A DNA stretch of 64,000 nucleotides from Myxococcales bacterium (GCA_047601445.1 JASGJH010000001.1:4160001-4224000); one strand, 5' to 3'; positions 10,471-19,971 are shown, numbered from the stretch's first letter. Notes: a model not told the origin generated them from the letters alone. Numbers and translations: made by a program.

Positions 10471-11245
10471 CGGTGGCTCGCTCGCCCGTTACGGTGCCGC
10501 GCCGAAAGCGGTGGGTGAAGGTGGGGTCGTACAGGCGCGAGTTGGCGAAGTCTTTCGCGGAGAGGACGCGACCCACGATCACCATCGATTGTGAGCGCAA
10601 GCCGGCGTCTCGAGCCCGCTGCGCGATGTCAGCCAGCGTACCCATGACGACGCGCTGGTCCGGACAGCTGGCCTTGTGCACTACGGCCACAGGGCAGTCC
10701 TCGCCGTAGTGCGGCGAGAGCTCGCGTGCGACGTCGCGCAGCAAGTTGATGCTGAGGAACAGGCACATGGTCGCCCCGTGCGCCGCCAACCCGGCCAACT
10801 TCTCGCCTGCGGGCATGGGCGTGCGTCCTTCGGCACGGGTCAGGATCACGGTCTGGCTGAGCTCGGGTAGCGTGAGCTCCTTGCCTAGCGCCGCAGCGGC
10901 CGCCGTAAAAGAGGAGACGCCTGGCACGATCTCGAATTCGATGCCGAGCTCCTCGAGTTTGCGGATCTGCTCCGCCGTGGATCCGAAAATCGAGGGGTCT
11001 CCAGTGTGAACTCGGGCCACGTCCTGATTGCGCTCGTGTGCCTCCCTGATGATGGCGATGATCTCGTCGAGGGTCATCCCCGAGGAATCGAGCACCCTGG
11101 CATCGGCCCTCGCTCGCGCGACCGCCTCCTTCGGCACCAGAGAGCCAGTGTAGAGAACGACCGGGCAGCGCTCGATCAGCTCGGCTGCGCGAAGGGTAAG
11201 CAACTTGGGGTCGCCGGGGCCCGCTCCGATGATGTACACACGCAT
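10460..11245 (-). CDS. cbiF: Cobalt-precorrin-4 C11-methyltransferase (CobM/CbiF)
   Basis: MRVYIIGAGPGDP, LYTGSLV, RVHTGDPSIFG, ELTLPELSQTVILTR, SRLYDPTFTHRFR; ATG at 11245. Confidence 0.95.
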   Translation of the reverse strand: MRVYIIGAGPGDPKLLTLRAAELIERCPVVLYTGSLVPKEAVARARADARVLDSSGMTLDEIIAIIREAHERNQDVARVHTGDPSIFGSTAEQIRKLEELGIEFEIVPGVSSFTAAAAALGKELTLPELSQTVILTRAEGRTPMPAGEKLAGLAAHGATMCLFLSINLLRDVARELSPHYGEDCPVAVVHKASCPDQRVVMGTLADIAQRARDAGLRSQSMVIVGRVLSAKDFANSRLYDPTFTHRFRRGTVTGERATDAE

Positions 11246-11256
11246 TCGATCACTCC

Positions 11257-11670
11257 TCAAGTGCAGCGCAGCACGGTGTCGCGCACCACATCCCAAACCC
11301 GTTCGGGAGCTTCGACGAACCAGCGCGCTTCGATGGACTCGGGCAGGCCCTCGTCGTCGGCGTCGTCGTGTCCACATATCAACCGCCAGAGCCGATCGCT
11401 CACGGACCCGTTGCGCTGGATGAGCAAGCGCTCGGCGAGCAGCCTGGGAAGTGGCTCGCCTTCGAGTCCAAGCCTGAGCCAGGGCGCCTCGAGCTTCACT
11501 TCAGCGAGCGTCTCGAGCCGAACGTACGGCTGCGAGAGCGCGTCGATCACCGAGGGCTTCACCAGGCCGTACACCTCGAAGTCGACTGGTCGCTTGGTGT
11601 TGCCCACCAGGTAGTAGACGCCCTCAGTCTCGACAAGCATGGCGCCTGCCAATCGCGCAACTCTGGCCAT
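11257..11670 (-). CDS. Hypothetical protein embedded in the cobalamin operon
   Basis: 137 aa; start overlaps the cbiH stop at 11670 and stop lies 11 bp before the cbiF start; no motif recognised. Confidence 0.75.
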   Translation of the reverse strand: MARVARLAGAMLVETEGVYYLVGNTKRPVDFEVYGLVKPSVIDALSQPYVRLETLAEVKLEAPWLRLGLEGEPLPRLLAERLLIQRNGSVSDRLWRLICGHDDADDEGLPESIEARWFVEAPERVWDVVRDTVLRCT

Positions 11671-12512
11671 CAGGTGGTTCCTTGATCGAGCCCACCGTCG
11701 ACGACCAGCGAATGGGCGGGACGCTGCCCAGGTAGGGTCTCGCCCTGCCAGGTGTACTTGTTGGTGTATCCGCGCGGCGTGACCATGAAGCCTTCGAATA
11801 CGAAGCTGTTGCTGGAGCCGATCAGCACCGTGGTCAGCATACCGATCTCGAAGTCAAGGAAGCTGTCGAGGTCACTGAGCTCGGTGGTCTGCAGCTTGCG
11901 ATAGGCGCTCTTGACGAGCGCGACCGGGGTGCTGCCGGGACGATGGCGGCGGATGATCTGTTGCGCCTCGACGATCTGGCGCTGCCGTCTCCCGCTCGCC
12001 GGGTTGTAGAGGCCGATCACGAAGTCGGCGCTCGCCGCTGCCTCGATGCGCCGGGCGATCACGGACCAAGGGGTCAACAGGTCCGACAATGAGATCGAAC
12101 AGAAGTCGTGGCCGAGCGGCGCGCCCACCAAAGACGCGCACGAATTCAGCGCCGTCATGCCCGGGATGACACGTAGCTCGGGCGACTGGCCGCGCGTCCA
12201 GCCCACTTCCTGCAGGACCTGGAACACGAGGCTCGCCATGCCGTACACACCAGCATCGCCAGAGGAAATAATGGCCACCTTGGCGCCGCCGCGCGCGCGC
12301 TCGACGGCCGCCCGCGCACGTCCGATCTCCTCGGTCATCCCAGTACGCACGACTTCCTTCCCCTCGATCAACGGCTTGACCAGCTTGATGTACGTGCTGT
12401 AGCCAACGATGAGGTCGGCATCGGCGATGGCCCGCAGGGCTGCGGGCGTCGTGTGTTCTTCGGCGCCTGGTCCGATGCCCACCACGTACAGAACGCCTTG
12501 GCTCTCACTCAC
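11670..12512 (-). CDS. cbiH: Cobalt-precorrin-3 C17-methyltransferase (CobJ/CbiH)
   Basis: LYVVGIGPG, ISSGDAGVYGMA, GAPLGHDFCSISLSDLLTPW, LYNP, MVTPRGY; GTG 12512 after GAGGAGG. Confidence 0.95.
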   Translation of the reverse strand: MSESQGVLYVVGIGPGAEEHTTPAALRAIADADLIVGYSTYIKLVKPLIEGKEVVRTGMTEEIGRARAAVERARGGAKVAIISSGDAGVYGMASLVFQVLQEVGWTRGQSPELRVIPGMTALNSCASLVGAPLGHDFCSISLSDLLTPWSVIARRIEAAASADFVIGLYNPASGRRQRQIVEAQQIIRRHRPGSTPVALVKSAYRKLQTTELSDLDSFLDFEIGMLTTVLIGSSNSFVFEGFMVTPRGYTNKYTWQGETLPGQRPAHSLVVDGGLDQGTT

Positions 12513-13656
12513 GGCTCGCCTCCTCACGCTTCTGAAACGGCACGCGCGCTACCGCGACCGTCATACTGCGACCTGCTCCATCTTCGGTGTAAACCGTCTT
12601 CGGTACGATGACGCGCTCGGCCCCCGCCAGTAGGCGAGCCGCCGGCTCACAAACACCGCGCGTGCCGACATGACGCAACACCGTGGCCGACGGATTCTGG
12701 AGATCGGGCACGCTGTCCAGCTCTTCGGCCGTATAGAAGGTCAGCGGCCAACCGCGCTTCTCCGACAAGGCCAGGAGTCCGGGTTCGTCGCTCTTCTTGT
12801 CGATGCTCGCCATGGCTCTCACGCTCTTGGCAGACAGCCCCTGGTCCGCGAGCACCTTGTCGATGCCGCGCTCGATCAGGGCCAGCGGAGTATTGCGATC
12901 GCAGCCGAGCCCGAGCACGAGGCTCTTCGGCCGATAGACGACGCTGTTGTCGAAGTGCGCAGGATGGCTGCGCGCCACGTCCCGGTCGCTCGCGATCAGT
13001 AGGATCTCGAACGCGCCCGGGTCCACTCCCTCCAAGCCGAGCGCATACTCGACCCCAGGAGGCAGAGCCTTGTCCAGCGGCCAAAACGCGGCGTCGCCGG
13101 CCTCGTGCACGAACAGGACTCGGGCCTGATTGACCACCGCCGCGCAGCCACGGGTCACGTTGCGATCCATGTCGTCGAGGGTCCAACCAAGGTCGCGCCC
13201 GAGGATATCCACCGTGAGCGTGCCGATCGCGTCGCTGGCCGTCGTGATGACCGGCGTCGCTCCGAGTGCCTCCGCAACGCGTTCCGTGAAGGCGTTGCCT
13301 CGGCCCACGTGCCCCGAGAGCACGCAGATCGCAAAGCGCGCCGTGTCATCCACGCACAGCACGGCGGGATCGATCTTCTTGTTCGCCAGCAGCGGCGCGA
13401 CCATGCGGACCACCGCTCCGACGCTGATGACGTGCACGTGGCAGTCGTACGCCTTCCAGGTGTCGCGCAGCAGGGGCCCCATGGGTAGCGGCAGCGGCCG
13501 AGCTTCAGCGAGACTTGGTAGCTCGCGGGCGCCAGCCAAGAGCTTCTCGGATACGTAGACGTCGGCATCCGGCAATGCCGCGACCAACCGCGCAGCATGC
13601 TTCAACCCGTGGCGTGTGATCGCGTAGATCGCATAGGGTTTGCGCTGCTGAATCAT
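12505..13656 (-). CDS. cbiG: Cobalt-precorrin-5A hydrolase
   Basis: GAVVRMVAPLL..K..DPAV, LSGHVGRGN, VITTASD, LGLGC, KKSDEPGL, GVCEPAA. Confidence 0.93.
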   Translation of the reverse strand: MIQQRKPYAIYAITRHGLKHAARLVAALPDADVYVSEKLLAGARELPSLAEARPLPLPMGPLLRDTWKAYDCHVHVISVGAVVRMVAPLLANKKIDPAVLCVDDTARFAICVLSGHVGRGNAFTERVAEALGATPVITTASDAIGTLTVDILGRDLGWTLDDMDRNVTRGCAAVVNQARVLFVHEAGDAAFWPLDKALPPGVEYALGLEGVDPGAFEILLIASDRDVARSHPAHFDNSVVYRPKSLVLGLGCDRNTPLALIERGIDKVLADQGLSAKSVRAMASIDKKSDEPGLLALSEKRGWPLTFYTAEELDSVPDLQNPSATVLRHVGTRGVCEPAARLLAGAERVIVPKTVYTEDGAGRSMTVAVARVPFQKREEASRE

Positions 13657-14438
13657 GGCGCCTCCTCCACCGCAGCGGGCCGAGGCGTACTAGGCACATC
13701 GCCCATCAACACGCCCTTGCGCTCGTTGCGCGACACCACGATCATCGCGAAACAGTCCCCCCGCTGGTCCTGCACCTGGGTCAGGTCGCGCACGATGCGC
13801 TGCTCTTCCATGGTGGCCCGCGATACGTAGGCCGCCCGTTCGAGCAGCGACAACTTTCGCAAGGTCTCGATGATGTGTGGCAGTTCAGGTCCCACCTTCA
13901 TCAGCACCACGGTGTCGAAGCGTGCGAGCACCTCGGCAAGGTCGTCGAAGCCGCTCGTGCCGGAGAGGATCGCAACCCGCTCCTGACCATCGGCGAGTCC
14001 GATGCCCAGGGCCGCGGGCACCGCCATGATGGACGACACCCCTGGCACCACTTCGACAGGCAGCTCCGGGATGCGGGCGCGCAGCTCACGTCGCACGTAA
14101 AGAAACGTGCTGAAGGTGGAGGCATCGCCTTCACTGACGAAGGCCACCGACTTGCCCTCGCGCAGGCGCGCTTCGATCTGACTGCAAGCGCGCAGCACGG
14201 CCGGCCTCACGCGCTCCGGATCCTTGCTCATCGGAAACGTGAGAAGAAGCCGCTCCTGATCGGCGCGCGGCTCCAAGACGGGCTTCACGATGCGCAGCGC
14301 CATCGATTCGCCGAAGTCCGATCCGCGCGGCAGAGCGAGCACCGCCACCTCGCGCAGCACTTCGAGCGCGCGAAGCGTAAGCAAGTTGGTGGCACCGGGC
14401 CCAGCGCCGACACCGTAGAGGGTCCCTAGGTAGTTCAT
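13653..14438 (-). CDS. cbiL: Cobalt-precorrin-2 C20-methyltransferase (CobI/CbiL)
   Basis: LYGVGAGPG, LTFPM, EGDASTFSTF, VVPGVSS, VVLMKV; ATG 14438 in an ATGA overlap with cbiET. Confidence 0.92.
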   Translation of the reverse strand: MNYLGTLYGVGAGPGATNLLTLRALEVLREVAVLALPRGSDFGESMALRIVKPVLEPRADQERLLLTFPMSKDPERVRPAVLRACSQIEARLREGKSVAFVSEGDASTFSTFLYVRRELRARIPELPVEVVPGVSSIMAVPAALGIGLADGQERVAILSGTSGFDDLAEVLARFDTVVLMKVGPELPHIIETLRKLSLLERAAYVSRATMEEQRIVRDLTQVQDQRGDCFAMIVVSRNERKGVLMGDVPSTPRPAAVEEAP

Positions 14439-15667
14439 GGCCGCGTCACCGCGAAGATTTGAATAGGATTGAGGGCATCGAAGCGCATGTAGCGCGCCAG
14501 CGGCGCGGCTCTCGATACCTGCAGCATGGTGACCTCGGGGATCAGGTCGCGCTCGCGCAGGCACGCGTAACACTCATGACTGTTCTCGAGCGTGATCGCA
14601 TTCACAACCAGCCGGCCACCGGGCTTGAGTCGCTGAAGCGCGAGCTCGATGATGGCCCGCATACTGCCCTTGCTGCCGCCCACGAACACAGCGTCGGGCG
14701 CTGGCAGGTCTCCGAGCGCCTGCGGGGCGAGACCGCTGATCACGGTCATGTTGTCGGCACCGTGCGTCCTGGCGTTCTCGCGGCAGATCTCCACGCCTTC
14801 CGGGTCGACCTCTACGGCATAGACGTGGCCCGAGCTGGCCAGCAGTGCGGCTTCGATGCCCACCGAACCGGACCCGGCGCCCACGTCCCACACCACGCTG
14901 TCGCGACGCAGCTGCATGGCGCCGAGCGAGAGCAGCCGAACCTCGCGCTTGGTGATCAGCCCCTGCTTGGGCATACGCTTCTCGAAGGCGCTCTCGGGCA
15001 GATAGGGAATCAGTGCAGGCTCGCGAAAGTCGGGATCGCTGCGCTCGAGCAGCAGGACGTTGAGCGGGCCGACGTCGTCGCATTGCGCGAGTGATGAGAG
15101 GTCGAACGAGCGACAGCGCTCGCCCGGTCCGCACAGGTTCTCCAGCACGAACGCGGAAAAACCCGTCTCTCCGTAGGCGATCAGGTGCGCGGCGATGCGC
15201 TGAGGCGTGTTCTCTCGGTCGGTGAGGATGGCCACGCGCCGCTCGCCGCGGATGCGCGAGACGACCTGCTCCAGGGGACGCCCGTGCAGCGACAGGACCC
15301 GAGCGTGGTCGTAGGCGATGCCGGCGCGGGCAAATGCCCACTGCACGCTGGACGGCTGAGGGATCACCTCCACGTGCGCGCGTCCCACCGTCTCGATGAT
15401 CCGGGCTCCGATGCCGAAGAAGAGCGGGTCGCCCGAGGCGAGGACACAGACCGAGCGGTCCTCGGCCCACTGCGCGACGCGCGCGAGCACCGCGTCGAGC
15501 CCCCCCTTGATCGGGAGTCGCTCGCCGTGAAACTCGGGAAAGAAGGCCAGCTGGCGCTCTCCGCCAACGAGGACCTGCGCGCGCGCGATGGCGTCCATCG
15601 CTCGGCTGGTGAGGCCACGACAGCCGTCATCGCCGATCCCCACAATCGAAACGGCCCGCCTGCTCAT
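14435..15667 (-). CDS. cbiET: Bifunctional C5-methyltransferase / C15-methyltransferase-decarboxylase (CbiET/CobL)
   Basis: VLASGDPLFFGIG, SLHGR, ILTD; C-terminal ITKREVR, WDVGAGSGSV, VFVGG, GGRLVVNAITLE. Confidence 0.95.
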   Translation of the reverse strand: MSRRAVSIVGIGDDGCRGLTSRAMDAIARAQVLVGGERQLAFFPEFHGERLPIKGGLDAVLARVAQWAEDRSVCVLASGDPLFFGIGARIIETVGRAHVEVIPQPSSVQWAFARAGIAYDHARVLSLHGRPLEQVVSRIRGERRVAILTDRENTPQRIAAHLIAYGETGFSAFVLENLCGPGERCRSFDLSSLAQCDDVGPLNVLLLERSDPDFREPALIPYLPESAFEKRMPKQGLITKREVRLLSLGAMQLRRDSVVWDVGAGSGSVGIEAALLASSGHVYAVEVDPEGVEICRENARTHGADNMTVISGLAPQALGDLPAPDAVFVGGSKGSMRAIIELALQRLKPGGRLVVNAITLENSHECYACLRERDLIPEVTMLQVSRAAPLARYMRFDALNPIQIFAVTRP

Positions 15668-16317
15668 GTCGCACGCTCCGTCGAGAGCAGGAGCAACGCA
15701 TGCAGGATGGCGACTGCGATCGGACTTCCGCCCTTGCGCCCACGAGCCACGATGCTCGGCAGGGCCTCTACCGCGAGCACGGCCTCCTTGGACTCCGCCG
15801 CCGAGACGAAGCCCACGGGCACGCCTACGATCAACGCGGGTCTCGCCCCCTCTTCTTGCATCAGTCGGAGGAGCTCCAATAGCGCAGTCGGCGCATTGCC
15901 GACCGCGATCACCGCGCCATCGACGAGACCCATCCTGTGCGCCTTCCGCATCGCCTCGATCGCGCGCGTGCTGTTCTTGCGCTTCGCCTCGCTGATTACG
16001 TCTTCATCGGAGATGAAGCAGTGCACCTTGCAGCCGTAGCTAGCCAAGCGCTCCTCATTGAGGCCCACCTGGATCATGCGCACGTCTACCAACACCGGGC
16101 AGCCACGCTTGAGTGCTGCGATACCTGCATCGATGGCGTGCGGATGAACCCTGGTCAGGGTCGCGAACTCGAAGTCGGCGGTGGCATGGATCACGCGGCG
16201 CACCACCTGCCAGGCATCGGGTGTGAAGCCGTGCTCGCCGATCTCACGATCGATGATCGCGAAGCTACCGTCCTCTATGCTACGGCCAAGGGCCGTCATC
16301 TGTCTCATGTCGTTCAC
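15664..16317 (-). CDS. cbiC: Cobalt-precorrin-8 methylmutase (CobH/CbiC)
   Basis: SFAIID, RVIHATADF, GNAPTAL, GVPVGFVSAAESK, GRKGGS. Confidence 0.95.
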   Translation of the reverse strand: MNDMRQMTALGRSIEDGSFAIIDREIGEHGFTPDAWQVVRRVIHATADFEFATLTRVHPHAIDAGIAALKRGCPVLVDVRMIQVGLNEERLASYGCKVHCFISDEDVISEAKRKNSTRAIEAMRKAHRMGLVDGAVIAVGNAPTALLELLRLMQEEGARPALIVGVPVGFVSAAESKEAVLAVEALPSIVARGRKGGSPIAVAILHALLLLSTERAT

Positions 16318-17435
16318 GAAGGTCCTCCTGGGATCACGGCTTCCACGCGCGGGTGGCGCGCGAGCAGCGCACCACCGAAGTCGACCATGATGGCGGCGAT
16401 GGCCAGACTGCTGCCGGCGTGCTTCTCGGTGTGTTCGACCGCGCGCTGGCAGATCAACTCGGTCAGGTGCACGATGCCGCGCTCGGTGCAGATCTCCAGT
16501 ACGTGACGGGCGGTGTTCGCGGCGCCGATGCGCTCGCAGGTCGCGAAGTCGGCTCCAAGCTCTCGTGCAAACCCCGCCAGCAGCTCGAGGTTGACCTCCG
16601 AGCCGGCGACGTGGGTCTGCATCTTGCCGTTCGCCATCTTCGACAGCTTGCCGATCATGCCCACGATGTGTGCGCGCGGAAATCGCCGGCGGGCGGCGTG
16701 CTTGACGGCCACACCCACGAAATCGCCCATCTGCACGAAGGCCTCCTCGGGCAGGTGCGGGAAGAGCTTCATGGCATAGGCTTCGCTCTTGCCGCCCGTC
16801 GTGAGCACGACGTCGTCGATGCCTCGCTCCTTGGCCACGTCGATGGCCTGGACGACGCTCGCACGATAGGCGGCCGTCGAGTACGGCTTGACGATCCCGG
16901 AGGTGCCGAGGATCGAGATCCCTCCGAGCAAGCCCAGGCGAGCGTTGGTGGTCTGCTTCGCGAGCTCTTCTCCGCCAGGCACGCTGATGGTCACCACGGC
17001 GCCGGCATACTGGGAACCTCGCAACTCCTCTTCGACCATCTCCGCGATGTTGCGGCGCGGCACGGGATTGATGGCCGGGCCGCCCACCTCGAGACCGAGG
17101 CCCGGCTTGGTGACCGTGGCTACACCTTCGCCGCCGCGAATCTCCACGCCCGCCGTGTTGCGCAGGCTGACCTCCGCCACGATCCGTGCTCCGTGCGTGC
17201 AGTCCGGGTCGTCGCCGCCGTCCTTCACCACCGCGCAGCGAGCCAGATCTCCTTCACGTTCGGCGTGCGCCAGCGGAAAGATCACGCGCTGGCGATTCGG
17301 AAGGGTGCTCTCGATGCTCTCGAGCGGTGCCGCGCGAAGCAAGATGCGCGTGGCGGCCTTGGCGGCTGCAGCGGCGCAGGCCCCGGTGGTGAAACCGGTG
17401 CGCAACCCCTTCTTGTCGCGAGGCGGAACGGCCAT
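16314..17435 (-). CDS. cbiD: Cobalt-precorrin-5B C1-methyltransferase
   Basis: LRTGFTTGACAAAAAKAA, KDGGDDPDCTHG, AINPVPR, NARLGLLGGISILGTSGIV.P.S. Confidence 0.96.
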   Translation of the reverse strand: MAVPPRDKKGLRTGFTTGACAAAAAKAATRILLRAAPLESIESTLPNRQRVIFPLAHAEREGDLARCAVVKDGGDDPDCTHGARIVAEVSLRNTAGVEIRGGEGVATVTKPGLGLEVGGPAINPVPRRNIAEMVEEELRGSQYAGAVVTISVPGGEELAKQTTNARLGLLGGISILGTSGIVKPYSTAAYRASVVQAIDVAKERGIDDVVLTTGGKSEAYAMKLFPHLPEEAFVQMGDFVGVAVKHAARRRFPRAHIVGMIGKLSKMANGKMQTHVAGSEVNLELLAGFARELGADFATCERIGAANTARHVLEICTERGIVHLTELICQRAVEHTEKHAGSSLAIAAIMVDFGGALLARHPRVEAVIPGGPS

Positions 17436-18172
17436 CAGAGCAACGAGGCCTTTCTGACGGGGTGGTGGAAGAAGTTCTCGCTCTGAATCGGCACGTCCGC
17501 GAGCCCCCGCTGGTCCAGGAACGCGCGCGCGAAGGCAGGCAGTTCACCGTCGCCGGCCAGGTACACACGCGTGGGAGGGCCCTCGCTCGCGAGAGCGTCG
17601 AGGCAGCCTACGAACGCTGTCTGGCGCTCCGGGGTGCCGACTGCGGGCGAGCGGATATGACGTAGACGCAGGTCGCCGGGACACCGTGCCTCGACCTCCG
17701 TGGGCGATAGGAAGTACTCGCGTGAGGCCGCCCACCAAACGAGTGTGGTGTGCTGGAGAGCGGGCGCGAAGCCCGCGCCGCGAAGCAATCCGAGTGCGGC
17801 CGTGATGCCGGTGTCGCTGGCCACGACCCAGACACGTTCCTCGCTCTCCGCCAACACGGGAGCAAGCTTGCCCCAAGGCCCGCTGAATCGAACCTGCGTG
17901 CCCGCTTCGAGCGCGAGCATGGTCGCAGCCCCGAGTCCGCCCGCGACGGGGTAAACGGCGAGCTCGAATCGGCCCTGATCGGAGTCACTGGAAGTCAGCG
18001 AGTAGGCGCGTTTTCGGCGCTTTCCATCGGGCAGGTCGAGCCCCGTGTCCACGATGATGTACTGTCCTCCGCGAAATCCGAGCGGTGCACCATCGCTCAT
18101 CTCGAAACGCAAGAAGGCGCCGTCACCAACGGGCTGGCGCTCGAGCAGTCGTGCGGTGCGCACCGTGGCCAT
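17435..18172 (-). CDS. Ferredoxin-NADP reductase-like FAD/NAD(P)-binding oxidoreductase
   Basis: FRGGQYI, RAYSLTS (RxYS flavin motif), GPWG, DTGITA, YLAG, C-terminal ENFF; stop overlaps the cbiD start. Confidence 0.85.
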   Translation of the reverse strand: MATVRTARLLERQPVGDGAFLRFEMSDGAPLGFRGGQYIIVDTGLDLPDGKRRKRAYSLTSSDSDQGRFELAVYPVAGGLGAATMLALEAGTQVRFSGPWGKLAPVLAESEERVWVVASDTGITAALGLLRGAGFAPALQHTTLVWWAASREYFLSPTEVEARCPGDLRLRHIRSPAVGTPERQTAFVGCLDALASEGPPTRVYLAGDGELPAFARAFLDQRGLADVPIQSENFFHHPVRKASLL

Positions 18173-18175
18173 CGC

Positions 18176-18556
18176 TCAACCCTCCTCGGCGGGATAGAGC
18201 TCATGAACGAAGTCGTGCATCTCCTCGAGCTCCTGGCAGAAGCGCGCCATGCCCTCGACGTGGGCGTTCAATTCGAGCTCGACCTTCTTGGTGAGGACCA
18301 TGAGTGACGCGAGGTAGGGGCGCTCGGGTGCGCTGGCGGCGGTCTTCGCGACCTTCTCTTCCAGGCCGACCAGCGCGTGTTCGAAGCGTTCCCGCAGCGC
18401 TCGCAGTTCGCGTGTGCTCGCCAGCGTGGCGAGCGCCCCCGGTGCACTCGCGAGCGCGCCGAGCTCGGCTCGCTCGTGTTCACGTTCGCTCTCGTCGAAT
18501 CCACCGAGCACGTTCATGAGTCCGAGTCGCAGTGCTGCAATTTCGTGGCAAGCCAT
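18176..18556 (-). CDS. DUF3209-family protein
   Basis: N-terminus MACHEIAALRLGLMNVLG and C-terminal H..HE.YP match my recollection of DUF3209 from haloarchaeal cobalamin clusters. Confidence 0.75.
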   Translation of the reverse strand: MACHEIAALRLGLMNVLGGFDESEREHERAELGALASAPGALATLASTRELRALRERFEHALVGLEEKVAKTAASAPERPYLASLMVLTKKVELELNAHVEGMARFCQELEEMHDFVHELYPAEEG

Positions 18557-18570
18557 GTTTCGCGTTCCTT

Positions 18571-19770
18571 TCAGGCCATGATGTTGTCGACGAGTCGCGC
18601 CAGGATGCGGTCGCCTTGCAGGTGCTCGGCGATCAGCTCGGGCGTGTCCTGTTCGCGCACGCCGCGGTACCAGATGCCGTCCGGATACACGACCACCGCC
18701 GGGCCCTCTCCGCAGCGGCCCATGCAGCCCGTGCGCGTGACGCGGATGTCACGCTCGAGATGGACCTGCTTGAGCCGCCGTCGCAGTGCGGACAGGACCG
18801 CCATGCTGCCGCGCTCGACGCAGTCGCCGTTGCCACACACCAGCACGTGCTTTTTGAGCGGTCGGTGTGCATGCGCGTGGGGAGCGGCCTGGCCGTGGGT
18901 GACGCCGTGACGAACGCTGTAGAGCAGAGCCTTGAGTCCACCCACTCCGTCGGCAATCGCGCCGATGGGGGTACGGTACTGACACGTGTCGCACGGCAAT
19001 GGACTCGCGCCGGAGAGCGCGTTCTCGATGCGTTCCTCGAGCGCTCGTAGGACCTCGGGCTGTGCGCCGATGGGGTCACAGAGCGCGAAGTCGATCCACG
19101 GCGCCGCCTGTACGACTGCAGCGAGCTGTTCGCGCAGCTTGTCGAAGATCCGCCCCGCGAACAGCAGATAGGGTGCGACGACTACCCGCTTCGGGCGGCC
19201 CCGGATGGCCCGCTGTAGAGCGTCCTCGAAACTGGGCTTGGCGATGCCTGCGAAGCAAGGTTCGAAGGAGCTGATCGGCCTTCCTTCGGCGGTGAGGCGC
19301 GCGAGCTTGTACAGGTCGGCGTTGGCATCCGGATCACTCGCTCCGCGCCCGACCACCACCAGGGTCGTCGGTTCGGCCGGGCTGGTGAGCTGCGGCGCGA
19401 TGCGCTGCCAAAATGCGTTCAGCATGGCGGGATGCAGCCCGAGAGGCTCTGCCGCGACGAACTGGACCCGCGGGTGTTGCCGGCGTGCCCGGGACAGCGC
19501 CAGCGGGATGTCGTTCTTGACGTGCGGCGCGGTGAACAAGAGGACGGGCGCCACGACTACGCGTGAACTCATCCGCGCTGCGGCATGCAAAGCGGCGTCG
19601 AGAAGGGGCTGCGCGAGCTCGACGTACGCCGGGACAGCTCGCCTGCCGGTCGCCTCGCCATACCTCGCAACGAGCCCTTCGAACGCGAAGTTCGCGCCCG
19701 CTTCGCGGCTGCCGTGGCCGACGAGCACGACGACCGGCGCTTCCGATCCTGCGCACGCTAGATGGTCCAT
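18571..19770 (-). CDS. cbiX: Sirohydrochlorin cobaltochelatase CbiX fused to a thioredoxin-like [2Fe-2S] ferredoxin
   Basis: VGHGSR, YVELAQP, HVKNDIP; second domain VGRGASD; CDTCQY; His-rich HGVTHGQAAPHAHAH; C-terminal CGNGDC...CMGRCGEGP..VVYPDGIWY. Confidence 0.9.
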   Translation of the reverse strand: MDHLACAGSEAPVVVLVGHGSREAGANFAFEGLVARYGEATGRRAVPAYVELAQPLLDAALHAAARMSSRVVVAPVLLFTAPHVKNDIPLALSRARRQHPRVQFVAAEPLGLHPAMLNAFWQRIAPQLTSPAEPTTLVVVGRGASDPDANADLYKLARLTAEGRPISSFEPCFAGIAKPSFEDALQRAIRGRPKRVVVAPYLLFAGRIFDKLREQLAAVVQAAPWIDFALCDPIGAQPEVLRALEERIENALSGASPLPCDTCQYRTPIGAIADGVGGLKALLYSVRHGVTHGQAAPHAHAHRPLKKHVLVCGNGDCVERGSMAVLSALRRRLKQVHLERDIRVTRTGCMGRCGEGPAVVVYPDGIWYRGVREQDTPELIAEHLQGDRILARLVDNIMA

Positions 19771-19971
19771 GGCGGATCATCCAGGAGTCGGCTGGGTAGC
19801 CGCGGTCTTGATCACCCACCCGGCCCATCGTCTTTGGCTCGTCATCCTCGGGTCTCCCCGCTCGGGACCACGCGGACGAACCCATAGGGGTCACCGACCC
19901 CATGCAGAACGCGCCCCGAAGGACCCCGGCCGTTGCCTCCGTGTCCACGCGGAGTGCTGCCAACGCATCGA

